Virus record (IMG/VR): IMGVR_UViG_3300031463_000426
Location: 1 to 44,971 of that record
DNA from: a virus
Lineage: Duplodnaviria > Caudoviricetes
Length of the DNA stretch: 44,971 bases
Reading direction: 5' to 3' (one strand)
The notes under the pieces were generated by a model. It searched no databases. It was not told the DNA's origin and was given only the letters and a program-made list of their open reading frames with translations. Positions 16,872-26,431 of this stretch are shown here, piece by piece. The position numbers and the translations under genes are program-made. The stretch's first letter is position 1. Each line of letters begins with the position of its first letter.

Positions 16872-17370
16872 TTGTCAGCCTCGTCAGCCACTTTCGCGCC
16901 AGTTGGGCAATGGTCTTCGCTCGGTTCAAGGCGTTGACGCAGCGCCGGGCATTTATGAAGTCAGTTTTACTCGGGTTGACGAACTCCTCCAGGCGGCGTC
17001 CGGTGAACGTCCCGTTTTTGAAGCCATGAACTAGAATGAACCGCGCCACCTCGGGGTCAAGGGCCAAGTCGGGGTCGTTTACCAAGTCAAGGCCCAGTAT
17101 TTTGCCATATTTCTCGTAGTTGGCCTTCCAGGTAAGTTGAATGTAGCCCCGCCCGTAGTAGGGCCAATAGCGCAGGTTCTGGCGCCGCCATTCCTCGCTT
17201 TTCGAGGGGGCTTCCCGAACCGGCTCGAAGGTGCCGCGGGTTTCCCACTCGACCGTCGCCAGCACATAAGCCTTCTGGGTGGTCAACGGCAAGCCCTGGC
17301 GGTCGCACTCCTCACAGATGTCCTCGACGATATCCGTCTGACCGCGGTCGGTGGTTTCCTGGGTTTCCAT
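16849..17370 (-). CDS. Endolysin, glycoside hydrolase family 19 (chitinase class I-like)
   Basis: AYVLATVEWET, P.RE, YYGRGYIQLTWK.NY, DLV..PDLA, ARR.VN. Confidence 0.9.
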   Translation of the reverse strand: METQETTDRGQTDIVEDICEECDRQGLPLTTQKAYVLATVEWETRGTFEPVREAPSKSEEWRRQNLRYWPYYGRGYIQLTWKANYEKYGKILGLDLVNDPDLALDPEVARFILVHGFKNGTFTGRRLEEFVNPSKTDFINARRCVNALNRAKTIAQLARKWLTRLTSGREQKD

Positions 17371-17375
17371 GGGGA

Positions 17376-18161
17376 TCACCTGGTGCTTATGATTTCTATA
17401 GCTCGGTTGAGCTCTTCGATGACCCGGGGGTCGGCCTCCTCGAAGTACCTCATCAGACTACCGCTCCGCTGCTTGTGGTGGTAGGCCACGCCGGGGATGC
17501 CAAAGAGGCGCTCGCTGACTCTGCGGGCTACCCGGTTGGCAAACATCTCTTCCGGCTCATGCATCCACCCGACAAGTTGAGCCAAGTCGTCTTCCGTCAG
17601 ACGGGGATGGCGTCGGCGCAGGAACGAGATGGTGTCCAAGAGGGCTTTTTCTCCCACCTCATCGGGTATTTTTTCGGCGACCTCCCGCAGAAGTTGAGCG
17701 GACTCAGGAAAGAGCCTCTGATAGGCATGGGCCAGTTCGTGGGGAAGCGTCCACAACGTGCCATACTCGTACAACGGCGCGGCCAGTTCCAAATGCACTT
17801 GTCCCTGAGGGGTGACGAACACCCGGCCCATGGCTTCGCCGGGCAGCTTCAGTCTACCGGAGTACTCAATGTCCTTCAGCAACTGGTGCTCTCCCATGGG
17901 AGTCTTGGCGATCTTGGCTAAATCTGTCGCTAAGTCGGACAACCGTCGAAAGAGTTTCTGGGGGCTACCCGCCTTCACAAATTCTTTCGCCGCGTCGCTC
18001 ACGATGCGCTTGGCAACGCTTGGTAAAAACGCCACTTGGGTGGGTTGTTCCTCCTTCGGTGGCGGCACCAGTGCCTGCAGTAGCTCCGCCGCCGAGATCT
18101 TTCGCCGCTTGTCGGAGTTGGCCAACTCGAGCAGTTTGTCCGTCTGGGTCAGGGCCATCAC
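17376..18161 (-). CDS. Putative virion/ejected protein with zincin HExxH motif
   Basis: TLPHELAHAYQ plus downstream EPEEMFAN; directly follows the largest ejection-type gene. Confidence 0.6.
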   Translation of the reverse strand: MMALTQTDKLLELANSDKRRKISAAELLQALVPPPKEEQPTQVAFLPSVAKRIVSDAAKEFVKAGSPQKLFRRLSDLATDLAKIAKTPMGEHQLLKDIEYSGRLKLPGEAMGRVFVTPQGQVHLELAAPLYEYGTLWTLPHELAHAYQRLFPESAQLLREVAEKIPDEVGEKALLDTISFLRRRHPRLTEDDLAQLVGWMHEPEEMFANRVARRVSERLFGIPGVAYHHKQRSGSLMRYFEEADPRVIEELNRAIEIISTR

Positions 18162-20680
18162 CAGAGCTCCGTTTTTTCTGCCCGCTCGAGGCGCCTTTCT
18201 TCGAGGGGTCTCTGGCGCCGCCTGGAACGCTCTTCTGTCTCCTTAAGCACCGAATGTGCCGGGAGGGCAAGTATTTGCCGCACGGGGCTTCCGGCATACC
18301 GTGGATAAATCTCACCCTGCAGCGCCTTGCGGATGCGGCGGAACTGGGGGAATTCCAGCAACATCTGACGAAGGGCCGACTTCCAGGCCCGGACGGAGTT
18401 TCCCCGCTCCTGGGCTTTTTGAACCAAGTCCAGGGGCCAGAAGTTGATGCTGACGCCCAGTCCCCACGGTCCCGACGGGGCCTCACGGGTGAACGGGGCC
18501 ACCAGCAGAGCCTCCCGCCAGATGCTGGCGTCGAGCGTCCGCCTTGCCAGCTCCTCCAACAAGCCGATTCCCGTAACCACCGCAATCGTCGATTTGATGT
18601 ATTCGTTGCCGAACACGTCTTTGGGAAACCGCCAGGCATATTGCAGCAACTGGCCCTGCATCTCCCGAACGTGCTTGGCCGGAAGGCTCAACAGAAAGCG
18701 CTTAATGGTGGTGTCAAAAATCCGATATGGTGTGTAGCTGAACACTCCCAACATCTGTTGCCAATTTTTTTGCAGCCACAGGGGCCGGTCGACCGCCCCG
18801 ATGAATGAGTGGTTTAGCAGGAGCTCCCACATCCCCCGTAGCGCCTGGTCATACGACAGGCCTTTCCGTTGAGCTCGGGACAAAGCAGCCAACACCGCGG
18901 TGCCCCGTTCAAACATTTCGACGAAGTTCGTGGGAGAGGCCGAGATGACGTTGATGGCATTGGTCAGCCACTCTTGGTCACGGGACGACAAACCACTGAA
19001 AGTCTCAAAGAACTGGCGGGTGGCCGTCATGTTGCGCATGAGGCGGGCGGCGGCTTGCGGCTCCACCCCGGCACGCTGAGTCAACAGCTCGAAGCCGCCC
19101 CGTATCACGTGCGGCAACGCTCGCACCACATCGATGGGGTTGGTGGTCATCAGGGTCAGGAATTTCTGGGCGTGCTTTCGGGCGACGGCGGGCGACAGAC
19201 CGGTCTTGCTCAGGTACATCCACTGTGTGAAACCACGAGTGAGCTTGTCGGAGAGGCGGTCATCCGAGGCATAGTCCCGCAGCATTCCGTAGTAGTTCTG
19301 GAGGAGCTTTTGGATGCGGGGCCACTCAGAGAGTGCGGGTGTCCGTTTGCCGCCGCTTGCCAGGAAGAGTGGCCGCCACTTGTTCTCCCAGGCCCGCAGG
19401 GCCATCATTCGGCTGGCGCTCCGCAAGTAGCCTTCCGTCGCCCCATGGGCGGTGGGATACATCAGCTGGCTGCCAAGTGCTCGGGAGGCAAACTTGGTGT
19501 ACGGCGGGGCCAACTTGTCCGCCAGGCCCAGACGCTCCCGCTTGGTCAGACCCTTGGCGCCCCAATCGGCCAACATCTTGAACTGGTGCGTGATGTAGTC
19601 CTTGTCGGCCTCCAGCACATTCATGCCGAGAGACTCGGCGTGTTCCCGGATGTTCAGCATCAGTTGCCGGTGGAGCTCGGCAATCCGCTTCTCCTCCGGT
19701 GACATCAGGTGTTCGACCCAATGCCGTGTCTGCGGCTCACGGTACAGCGCAATGCGGACGTCGGCGTAATTCTCGAACCACGGTTTGAAAGCAAAATAGC
19801 GTTCGGTGGTTACGTCGGTCAGCAGCTTTTTGTACTGGTCGAGGAGGGCCTCCCTTTCGGTCTTTAGTTTTATTAGACGTTTGCTCTGTTCGGGAAACCT
19901 GATGCTTGGGGTCAATCGCTCCAGTTGGTGGTCAATTCGGTTGATTGACTCGAGCACCCGAGTGAGGGCAAAAAGTCTGGGCTGCAGGCGGACATACAAC
20001 TCGCCCATCTGTCGGTTGAACCGCCAATTCTTGCTGACGTCCTCAATGCCCCGGGCGACTGCCCGCCACCAGGCGCCGAGGTCCTTGAAGGTCGCCGCGT
20101 ATGAGGTGAATGCCGCCGCCGCGTCCATCACTGCGTTGCGGCTCATACCAAGGGCGTAGTCAAGCTTGGTCAGCACCGACACTGGCAGCTTTTGGACGAG
20201 CCACGGCAGGTCTTCGATGTAGCGCTCGCCTTCGATTTCCTTTGAGAGGCGCTGGGCAAGAGCTCGCAACTTTTCCGCGACCCCTGACTGTCCCCGAGAC
20301 TCGTACTCGGTTGCCAAGCGGTTGGACACATGGATGATGCGTTGCAGTTCAATTGACTTGGTGTCCGCAGGCAAGATGGGCTTGACCACCTTTGGCACTT
20401 CGCCTCTGGCGGCCATCTCTGTGACGCCATGGATGCCTCGCATCATGGCGCCCTCATCTTCCATCGCCTGGGCCATCACCTTGAGCATGGCCGTCATCTC
20501 ATCTACCTTCTCCTTTGACGACACATACTTGACGGCCTCAGGCAGCACCTGTTTGTTAATCAGCTTTTGAATTTCGGGCTGTTTGGCGAAGTACTGCTCG
20601 GCGTGTCGCAGAATGGGGACTACGCGACCTTCAACTAGTGGAATCGCTTTGGCGAGATATTTTGCGACGGTTGAGAGCAT
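18158..20680 (-). CDS. Large internal virion (DNA ejection) protein
   Basis: 840 aa, helical; position after nozzle/GNAT/pilot genes is typical of podoviral ejectosomes. Confidence 0.6.
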   Translation of the reverse strand: MLSTVAKYLAKAIPLVEGRVVPILRHAEQYFAKQPEIQKLINKQVLPEAVKYVSSKEKVDEMTAMLKVMAQAMEDEGAMMRGIHGVTEMAARGEVPKVVKPILPADTKSIELQRIIHVSNRLATEYESRGQSGVAEKLRALAQRLSKEIEGERYIEDLPWLVQKLPVSVLTKLDYALGMSRNAVMDAAAAFTSYAATFKDLGAWWRAVARGIEDVSKNWRFNRQMGELYVRLQPRLFALTRVLESINRIDHQLERLTPSIRFPEQSKRLIKLKTEREALLDQYKKLLTDVTTERYFAFKPWFENYADVRIALYREPQTRHWVEHLMSPEEKRIAELHRQLMLNIREHAESLGMNVLEADKDYITHQFKMLADWGAKGLTKRERLGLADKLAPPYTKFASRALGSQLMYPTAHGATEGYLRSASRMMALRAWENKWRPLFLASGGKRTPALSEWPRIQKLLQNYYGMLRDYASDDRLSDKLTRGFTQWMYLSKTGLSPAVARKHAQKFLTLMTTNPIDVVRALPHVIRGGFELLTQRAGVEPQAAARLMRNMTATRQFFETFSGLSSRDQEWLTNAINVISASPTNFVEMFERGTAVLAALSRAQRKGLSYDQALRGMWELLLNHSFIGAVDRPLWLQKNWQQMLGVFSYTPYRIFDTTIKRFLLSLPAKHVREMQGQLLQYAWRFPKDVFGNEYIKSTIAVVTGIGLLEELARRTLDASIWREALLVAPFTREAPSGPWGLGVSINFWPLDLVQKAQERGNSVRAWKSALRQMLLEFPQFRRIRKALQGEIYPRYAGSPVRQILALPAHSVLKETEERSRRRQRPLEERRLERAEKTELW

Positions 20681-21702
20681 TATTTCTGATTGGCTATCTG
20701 AGTGGCATAGTAGTCAATGACGTCGTCTTCGTTGAGAAGATATGGCACCCCACCGAGAAACACGACGCGTTTCGCCTTCATAAGCGGAGACTGCACGCCG
20801 CGTGATATTTGCTCGGCAAGCCCAGCGGCTTCACCTTTTGTGAAGTACGGAAAAGTCTCCGGTGTCCTTCCGAGACTTCCATAGCCTGGGCCATAGCGCA
20901 GCCTTGGCGGCCACGGCTGAGTCGGCGTTTGCATGAATGGAGGTGGTGTCGGCGTCGGTGCTGGTGGTGGAGTCGGCACTTGCGTCGGGGTCGGCTCATG
21001 TGACAAAGCTGGTGCCGCCGCAGTATCAGCCTCAGCTGGGGGTATATTTTTTGCCAGAAGTTCGACGTCTTCGTTGACTGACCTTGCTATGTTTGCGGCG
21101 TCTTTTGGAGTTCCTGCTGCTGCGCCCTCTGCTGCTGCGCCCGGACTTGCCTTCTCGACCACACGTGGTGCTTTCTGTCGACCAACGGAACCAGAGAAAA
21201 GTGATCCAAAAAGACCTCCCACCAAAGCACTGTGGGCAACGTCCTCCGGCGACATCTCGTGGCCGCGGGTCACAATGTCGGAAATAACTCCGGCTCCTGC
21301 TCCAACTGCCGCTCGTTGCGGCAAGCCCTTCAGCCACGGCAAAGTCACAGCCTGCTTGAGCCATGGTAGTCTAGTCAGTCCTTTGACTGACAATGACCAA
21401 GGGACCCCCATGGGCAAGAATTTACCTGCAAACTCTGCTACGTTGCCCGCGGTGTAGGCCCACGTGCCCGGAGGCGGAGCCTGCTGTTCCGCCCGCTTGG
21501 CGAAGTATTCTTTGACCCAAGAGGGCACAAACGGCAAATTGAAAAAACCGGCGGCGAGTCTGTCGACAAGAAAATTCGGGATGTTTTGTCCCTCATGACG
21601 CCAAGGTACCCATTTGCCGTCTTTTAGCTGATAAATAATGCCAGTGCGTGTATCCTTTGCCAGGTCGCCTTCCTGTGCGTCAGCCAGTGTGTTGGTAGCC
21701 AC
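20680..21702 (-). CDS. Internal virion/ejection protein
   Basis: N-terminal G..A....TG..Y..K.GKW motif, Gly/Ala amphipathic segments, Pro-Thr linker. Confidence 0.55.
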   Translation of the reverse strand: MATNTLADAQEGDLAKDTRTGIIYQLKDGKWVPWRHEGQNIPNFLVDRLAAGFFNLPFVPSWVKEYFAKRAEQQAPPPGTWAYTAGNVAEFAGKFLPMGVPWSLSVKGLTRLPWLKQAVTLPWLKGLPQRAAVGAGAGVISDIVTRGHEMSPEDVAHSALVGGLFGSLFSGSVGRQKAPRVVEKASPGAAAEGAAAGTPKDAANIARSVNEDVELLAKNIPPAEADTAAAPALSHEPTPTQVPTPPPAPTPTPPPFMQTPTQPWPPRLRYGPGYGSLGRTPETFPYFTKGEAAGLAEQISRGVQSPLMKAKRVVFLGGVPYLLNEDDVIDYYATQIANQK

Positions 21703-21723
21703 GTCGGTACTCCGTGTTGTTGG

Positions 21724-22557
21724 TTATTTTAGTGATGGTTGTTTCACTGGAACCAAGTTGAGTCCTTGCTTTCTTGCCTGTTCATCTGGCCTTATTCTCT
21801 TGGTCGATGGCGGTCCGACACCTTTCGAATCTTTTGGAAACAGGAAAAATTTGTCTCCGCCTCCAACTTTCCTCTGTACAAGGTTGAACTGAGTCATGTT
21901 CTGTTTAGCGGCTAGGGCGTTGTACTCCTCAAGCAAAATCCGAGCTTTTTCGATGTCGCCTTGGTCTACCGCATCTTTAACCGCCCTCAGCCTTTCGGCC
22001 GCATAGCCTGAAACTGATTTTATTTTTCCTCCACCACGACCACCACCACGGGTGGCCATCTTTTCCTGATGTCTTAGATTGGCCTCTATCTCTTTAAACA
22101 GTAGTTCTTCGGGAACGGTAAGCTCGAGCATCTGGTCTCCATATGGAACGGTAACTACCCGCTCTCTCTTTGCCTGCTTGCCGAGGACAATAGCGTCCCG
22201 TTCTTCTTTAGTTATTTCTCCTGCTTTATATTTCTCATTTGCCATTTTAATGACTTTAAGCATATCTTCAAAGTCTTGCACCGCTTTCGGTTTCATTGGT
22301 GGCGGCGGCGGCAACGTGACCCCTTGCTTTTGAAACACCTGGCCCAACAAATCGACCGTGTATTTAAGGGCCTCAGGGGTCAAGTTTGATGACGTTATGA
22401 CGCGAGTAAAGGCGTTCAGGGCCTCGTTGAACTCCTGCTGCTTCCGTAGGAGCTCTTTCTCTTGCAGTTCACGCTCCTTCCCTTGTAGTTCACGGGTCAG
22501 AGTAAGTCCCTGAAGTACCCCACTTGCTGCCCCGCCGAGAGGAATCAGGAAGTTCAT
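21724..22557 (-). CDS. Internal virion/ejection protein (low GC)
   Basis: N-terminal LGGAASGVLQG followed by coiled coil; ATGA overlap with the upstream gene. Confidence 0.55.
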   Translation of the reverse strand: MNFLIPLGGAASGVLQGLTLTRELQGKERELQEKELLRKQQEFNEALNAFTRVITSSNLTPEALKYTVDLLGQVFQKQGVTLPPPPPMKPKAVQDFEDMLKVIKMANEKYKAGEITKEERDAIVLGKQAKRERVVTVPYGDQMLELTVPEELLFKEIEANLRHQEKMATRGGGRGGGKIKSVSGYAAERLRAVKDAVDQGDIEKARILLEEYNALAAKQNMTQFNLVQRKVGGGDKFFLFPKDSKGVGPPSTKRIRPDEQARKQGLNLVPVKQPSLK

Positions 22558-23120
22558 TTCGCCCCCCACAAACCCAGACCCTGAGGTCCAGTAATAAACG
22601 TTCCCAGCGAGAGAATGCTGCCAATGCTGTTAGCCAACAGGTTATTTTGCGCCATCTGTGCCTGCAGTTGCAACGAATAGGCTGTCTGCAGCATGTTGCT
22701 ACCTATCTGGCTGAAGCCGAGGCCGCCCTGGGTTCCTGTTTGCAGGCCGAACTGACCGCCGCTTATCAACGCGTTCAGCATGTTGCCGATCATTGACATA
22801 GCTTGCGTTGACAACTCATTCATCCGCTCGACGTCAACGGTTGACAACAGGCGCTGCGTCTGCACTGGCCCCAAGTCGCCTTCGAGCACCTGCTGTTTGG
22901 CCTGCTCCGCCGCCTGGGCCGCCGTCTGGGTCGGCGCCGCCATCATTTTGGACGCCAGTGGCGAGGAATAGTCGCCACTCACAATCCTTTTCATTTCCTG
23001 CAGTTGCGGCACGGCGAACGTTTCGTACTGTTTCTTGCCGTAGCCATAGACGTCCTTGCCGAACTGCAGCATCTGCCGTCCCAAGTCAATCAACGGATCA
23101 ACATCAACATCTTTGCCCAT
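22554..23120 (-). CDS. Pilot/ejection protein (Gln/Gly/Ala-rich, hydrophobic C-terminus)
   Basis: Composition and position match P22 gp7-like pilot proteins; TAATG overlap. Confidence 0.55.
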   Translation of the reverse strand: MGKDVDVDPLIDLGRQMLQFGKDVYGYGKKQYETFAVPQLQEMKRIVSGDYSSPLASKMMAAPTQTAAQAAEQAKQQVLEGDLGPVQTQRLLSTVDVERMNELSTQAMSMIGNMLNALISGGQFGLQTGTQGGLGFSQIGSNMLQTAYSLQLQAQMAQNNLLANSIGSILSLGTFITGPQGLGLWGAK

Positions 23121-23572
23121 TATGACACCCACACATGTACGGCCTCAACGAGGCCCAATCGGTTCAGCACCCGCTCGACGTTTTCCTGGTCGGCCCAGGG
23201 AAAGACCTCGAGGCGGGCAAGTTTTTCCTCTTTGGCTGTGCGCAAGGCCTCCGTCAGGAGGCGCAGGCCATACAACTTGTTGCCCCGAAACGAAGGAAGG
23301 ACATACCACATGAGCAGTTGGCCGTAGGGCTCCGGGTTGAAGACGCCGACGGCCCGGTTGATGCAATAGCCGCCGACCACCTGGCCGTCGTCCGTGTACG
23401 CCAGGCGGGAAATGAACTTGTCGGGGTTGCCGACCACCAGCCGCGCCGCCCGTTCGGCATAATCCGCCCGGCCGTGGACCTGTTTCAGCCATGGTGGTAA
23501 CTCGCTGTCCCACTTGAGTATCAAGTAGGCGACCACCCCCGCGTCCGACGGCTTCGTCTCACGGAGCTTCAT
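23120..23572 (-). CDS. GNAT-family acetyltransferase-like protein
   Basis: R.....D, GQVVG, WYVLPSFRG..YG.RLL, L.RLG; a GNAT at this position is common in podoviruses. Confidence 0.8.
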   Translation of the reverse strand: MKLRETKPSDAGVVAYLILKWDSELPPWLKQVHGRADYAERAARLVVGNPDKFISRLAYTDDGQVVGGYCINRAVGVFNPEPYGQLLMWYVLPSFRGNKLYGLRLLTEALRTAKEEKLARLEVFPWADQENVERVLNRLGLVEAVHVWVS

Positions 23573-23919
23573 ACGACCTCTACACAGTGGAGCACCCGCA
23601 GGCCACTGGCATCCGAGGTGAACCAATATGATTCCCCCGGGTTGACAATGGCGCTCAAAAAACAGGGAGCATTGGCCTGGGGAATGTAACCCCGGGCTAC
23701 CATACACGTCCCATTGATGTACAGTTTGACCTCACCCGCGGCATCCGCCGTTACGGTGAGTCCCAAATGCAGTGGTTTGACCGCATTGTTTTTATACTCT
23801 TTGTTCGCCTCACGAGTGGGAAACGACCTCGTCAACAGGTTCGCTTCCACATCCTCGGTGTCAAGACGAACTTTCAGCTCCTTTCCCAAAGCTAAAAGCT
23901 GCCGACTTCCAAGCTTCAT
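23569..23919 (-). CDS. Hypothetical structural protein
   Basis: 116-aa ORF in the late operon, ATGA overlap. Confidence 0.6.
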   Translation of the reverse strand: MKLGSRQLLALGKELKVRLDTEDVEANLLTRSFPTREANKEYKNNAVKPLHLGLTVTADAAGEVKLYINGTCMVARGYIPQANAPCFLSAIVNPGESYWFTSDASGLRVLHCVEVV

Positions 23920-25603
23920 GAGTCTCGTACCTCACGCCATACAAGTCCGCCTCGACGAAGCGCAGTTCAAAAGGCGAATTCGAAGACACCCGCAACTCCG
24001 GCTGCAGGAAATAGACGCCGATTGGCGTGTTCACCTTCTGATAGCCATCTGAGAACCTGACGTTTGTCAGGGTGGTCGAGAACTTCAACTGGTCGGCGTC
24101 CCACAACTCCACGGTGAGGACGCCTTGGCACTCAACCGCCAGGCGAATTTGGCGGACGTCGGTCAACATGGTAGGGGCAAGAGTCAGGTTGAGGCCACAG
24201 GCGCTGAAAATCGGCTGATCGTCATCGAGGAGGTAGTCCCAACCCTGGAGGCCGACACTGTTTGGCAAGCCCACCAGCGGGAAAACTCCGCTGAGCGGCT
24301 TCGCCACATAGCGCCAACCGGTGTAGTGTTCAAACCTCGCCCCTGTTCTTTGCGCCAGCGACTGCTCGTCAAGCACCAGGGTGTGCCACTGGTTGTCATT
24401 TCCCTCGTAGGTCATGTAGTACTTGCCCGCGACGTACGCCCCTTTGATGGTGTCCCAATTCTTGATGGTTGACAGGCCGCCCCGGTCGATTCCCCGAAAC
24501 AGGGCATCAACCGGCTGCGAGACTTTGGTCGCCGACAGGCCGTCAATCAAGTAGATGCCGTCGTTCGACACAAAGTAAACTCCGAGGGCGCCGGTGGCGA
24601 CCGTTTGGCCCATGCAACCGCGGCCGATATCCGTTCGGATGAATTGCAAAACGTCATTTGCGGTAATCTGGATAATATACACGGTCTGTTCGCCGAACAC
24701 ATAGCCGTAGTCGCCGCTTGAGTGGATAGCTACACAGACATCCCCCGTGGCGAGCACTTGTTCGGCCATCAGCGGGTTATACTTTTCCGGGTACTTGCTG
24801 TAGGAGTAATAGACGTACCTGGGTTCGGTGGTGGTGGAATACAGGAGACGGTTTTTGTAGCGGCCACAGACGCTGGCAATGCCCGGATAGCTGAACATGT
24901 TGAGGTCGAGGGAGTCGCCCAGACCAGCGTCCAAGGTGTTGTCAGTGTAGGTTGACGTCCCCAAGGCGACCGAGGTCAGGTAATAAAACGATGACGGAAT
25001 TCCGTTGATGTTGCGGTAAATGCGCAGTTTGTCCACCTGCGGATCAGTGCACACGGTAGGCAAGGTGAGGTTGACCTTTTGGCTGGTGACCGTAACGGTG
25101 TTTGACGCCCCCGACGGCGGGCTTTCGGTACGGGTGTTGCTGTTGTAGTAGGTGACCCGATAGGAGTAGGTGCCGCTCAAGCTTCCAGAACTGCCGACAG
25201 ACGCTGACGGGGCCTCCGGCACTTCCTGAATGCCCCACTTGTCCACGCCGGTGCGGTATTTTTTCATGGCATACGGAAAGAACAAAATGTCCCCGTCGAC
25301 ACCAAGTGTTGAGCAGTCGGCCACTCGCAGCAACGAGCCGGGTTGGTAGAAGTCCAAGGACGTGGTGTTTCGGTAAATTTTGTTGTCACTCGTCTTGAAA
25401 AAGTGGGCGTCCCCCGCGTAGGTGCCGTCAATGGTGTCGGCCAGCGACAGGAAGCGGCCGCAACCGGGGCGGGTGCGCAACGAGCCGGTCTCCATGGTCG
25501 TCATGTTGACACAGTAGGTCATCTGAAACGGTCCCGCTTTGCAGGCCGGGCCGTCAGTCCACAAGCCCTGGTTCCAGTTTTGTAAAACCACCTTCTGCTT
25601 CAC
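23861..25603 (-). CDS. Tail nozzle/stabilisation protein (P22 gp10 / T7 gp12-like) with FN3-like insertion
   Basis: N-terminal GL...N......G.L.TRPG, GTYSYRVTY...ES.PS...LRIYR insert, NRL, GC...V....GVYFVS.DGIY beta-propeller pattern. Confidence 0.72.
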   Translation of the reverse strand: MKQKVVLQNWNQGLWTDGPACKAGPFQMTYCVNMTTMETGSLRTRPGCGRFLSLADTIDGTYAGDAHFFKTSDNKIYRNTTSLDFYQPGSLLRVADCSTLGVDGDILFFPYAMKKYRTGVDKWGIQEVPEAPSASVGSSGSLSGTYSYRVTYYNSNTRTESPPSGASNTVTVTSQKVNLTLPTVCTDPQVDKLRIYRNINGIPSSFYYLTSVALGTSTYTDNTLDAGLGDSLDLNMFSYPGIASVCGRYKNRLLYSTTTEPRYVYYSYSKYPEKYNPLMAEQVLATGDVCVAIHSSGDYGYVFGEQTVYIIQITANDVLQFIRTDIGRGCMGQTVATGALGVYFVSNDGIYLIDGLSATKVSQPVDALFRGIDRGGLSTIKNWDTIKGAYVAGKYYMTYEGNDNQWHTLVLDEQSLAQRTGARFEHYTGWRYVAKPLSGVFPLVGLPNSVGLQGWDYLLDDDQPIFSACGLNLTLAPTMLTDVRQIRLAVECQGVLTVELWDADQLKFSTTLTNVRFSDGYQKVNTPIGVYFLQPELRVSSNSPFELRFVEADLYGVRYETHEAWKSAAFSFGKGAESSS

Positions 25604-26037
25604 GGTTCGTTAACCTCACCGGCCGCCGCGTCGATGTCCACCAGTTCTTTGGAGTAATCGTCGTAGTCCCGAAGAAACCAGCTGTTGTAGTCCACCCTCA
25701 CTCCAGTGTATAGGTTTTGGCAAATGAAGGCGGCAATTTCCCCCGCGATTCGGTGGGGAGGAAGTTGTTTGGCCAGCTTAGCTACCAACCGGCCAAAGAC
25801 AGAGCCATCCAACTCAGCGCCCTCTTTGCCCTTTTCCAGGATCTTGATAACCGTTCCCAGGTTGGCGATTTTGTCCAGAACCGCCGGAGGCCCAGTAACC
25901 GCATAGAGACCAACCGTTCTGTCGTCGTTGTAGTTAATGAGGGCAAAGCTCACCGGCGTCGATTCCTCATCGGTCAACCCCGCCATCCACTCCGGCTTTC
26001 CGTCCACAATGTTGCCCAAAACCACGATGGTTGCCAT
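25600..26037 (-). CDS. Hypothetical protein
   Basis: 145-aa ORF with RBS GGGAG. Confidence 0.65.
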   Translation of the reverse strand: MATIVVLGNIVDGKPEWMAGLTDEESTPVSFALINYNDDRTVGLYAVTGPPAVLDKIANLGTVIKILEKGKEGAELDGSVFGRLVAKLAKQLPPHRIAGEIAAFICQNLYTGVRVDYNSWFLRDYDDYSKELVDIDAAAGEVNEP

Positions 26038-26038
26038 G

Positions 26039-26419
26039 TTACTGAGTGAACTCCCTTCTCATGCAAACAATGACCGTAAGGCTGGTAGTGCCGTCGCCTC
26101 CCGTCACTCGAGGGCGCAGGGCAAACGAATTCTGGTTGATTTGCTTCAGCCCCGCCGCGGTAAAACTGAGGGCCGTGTTGAACGAGTCCACCAAAGTGAC
26201 GTATTTGTCAAAGGTGTCCGCCTGGTTGGAGCCCTCGATGACCAGCGTGCCGCCGGTTCCAAACGTGCCATACACCTGGACAGACTTGATGGGGTATTTG
26301 GCCCCGGTCAGCACATACCATTGGCCGTCATCGCCGTTGTGAAGGTCCGACCACACCACTCGGCGGACGGCACCTCCGGCGACTGACTCGGGGTAATCGG
26401 TATAAGAAACAGTAGCCAT
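26039..26419 (-). CDS. Small beta-rich structural protein
   Basis: SVQV.GTFG.G.T..IEGSN...RP.VTGGDGTT.L.V; RBS GAGGAG. Confidence 0.7.
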   Translation of the reverse strand: MATVSYTDYPESVAGGAVRRVVWSDLHNGDDGQWYVLTGAKYPIKSVQVYGTFGTGGTLVIEGSNQADTFDKYVTLVDSFNTALSFTAAGLKQINQNSFALRPRVTGGDGTTSLTVIVCMRREFTQ

Positions 26420-26431
26420 TGTCTAAACTCC

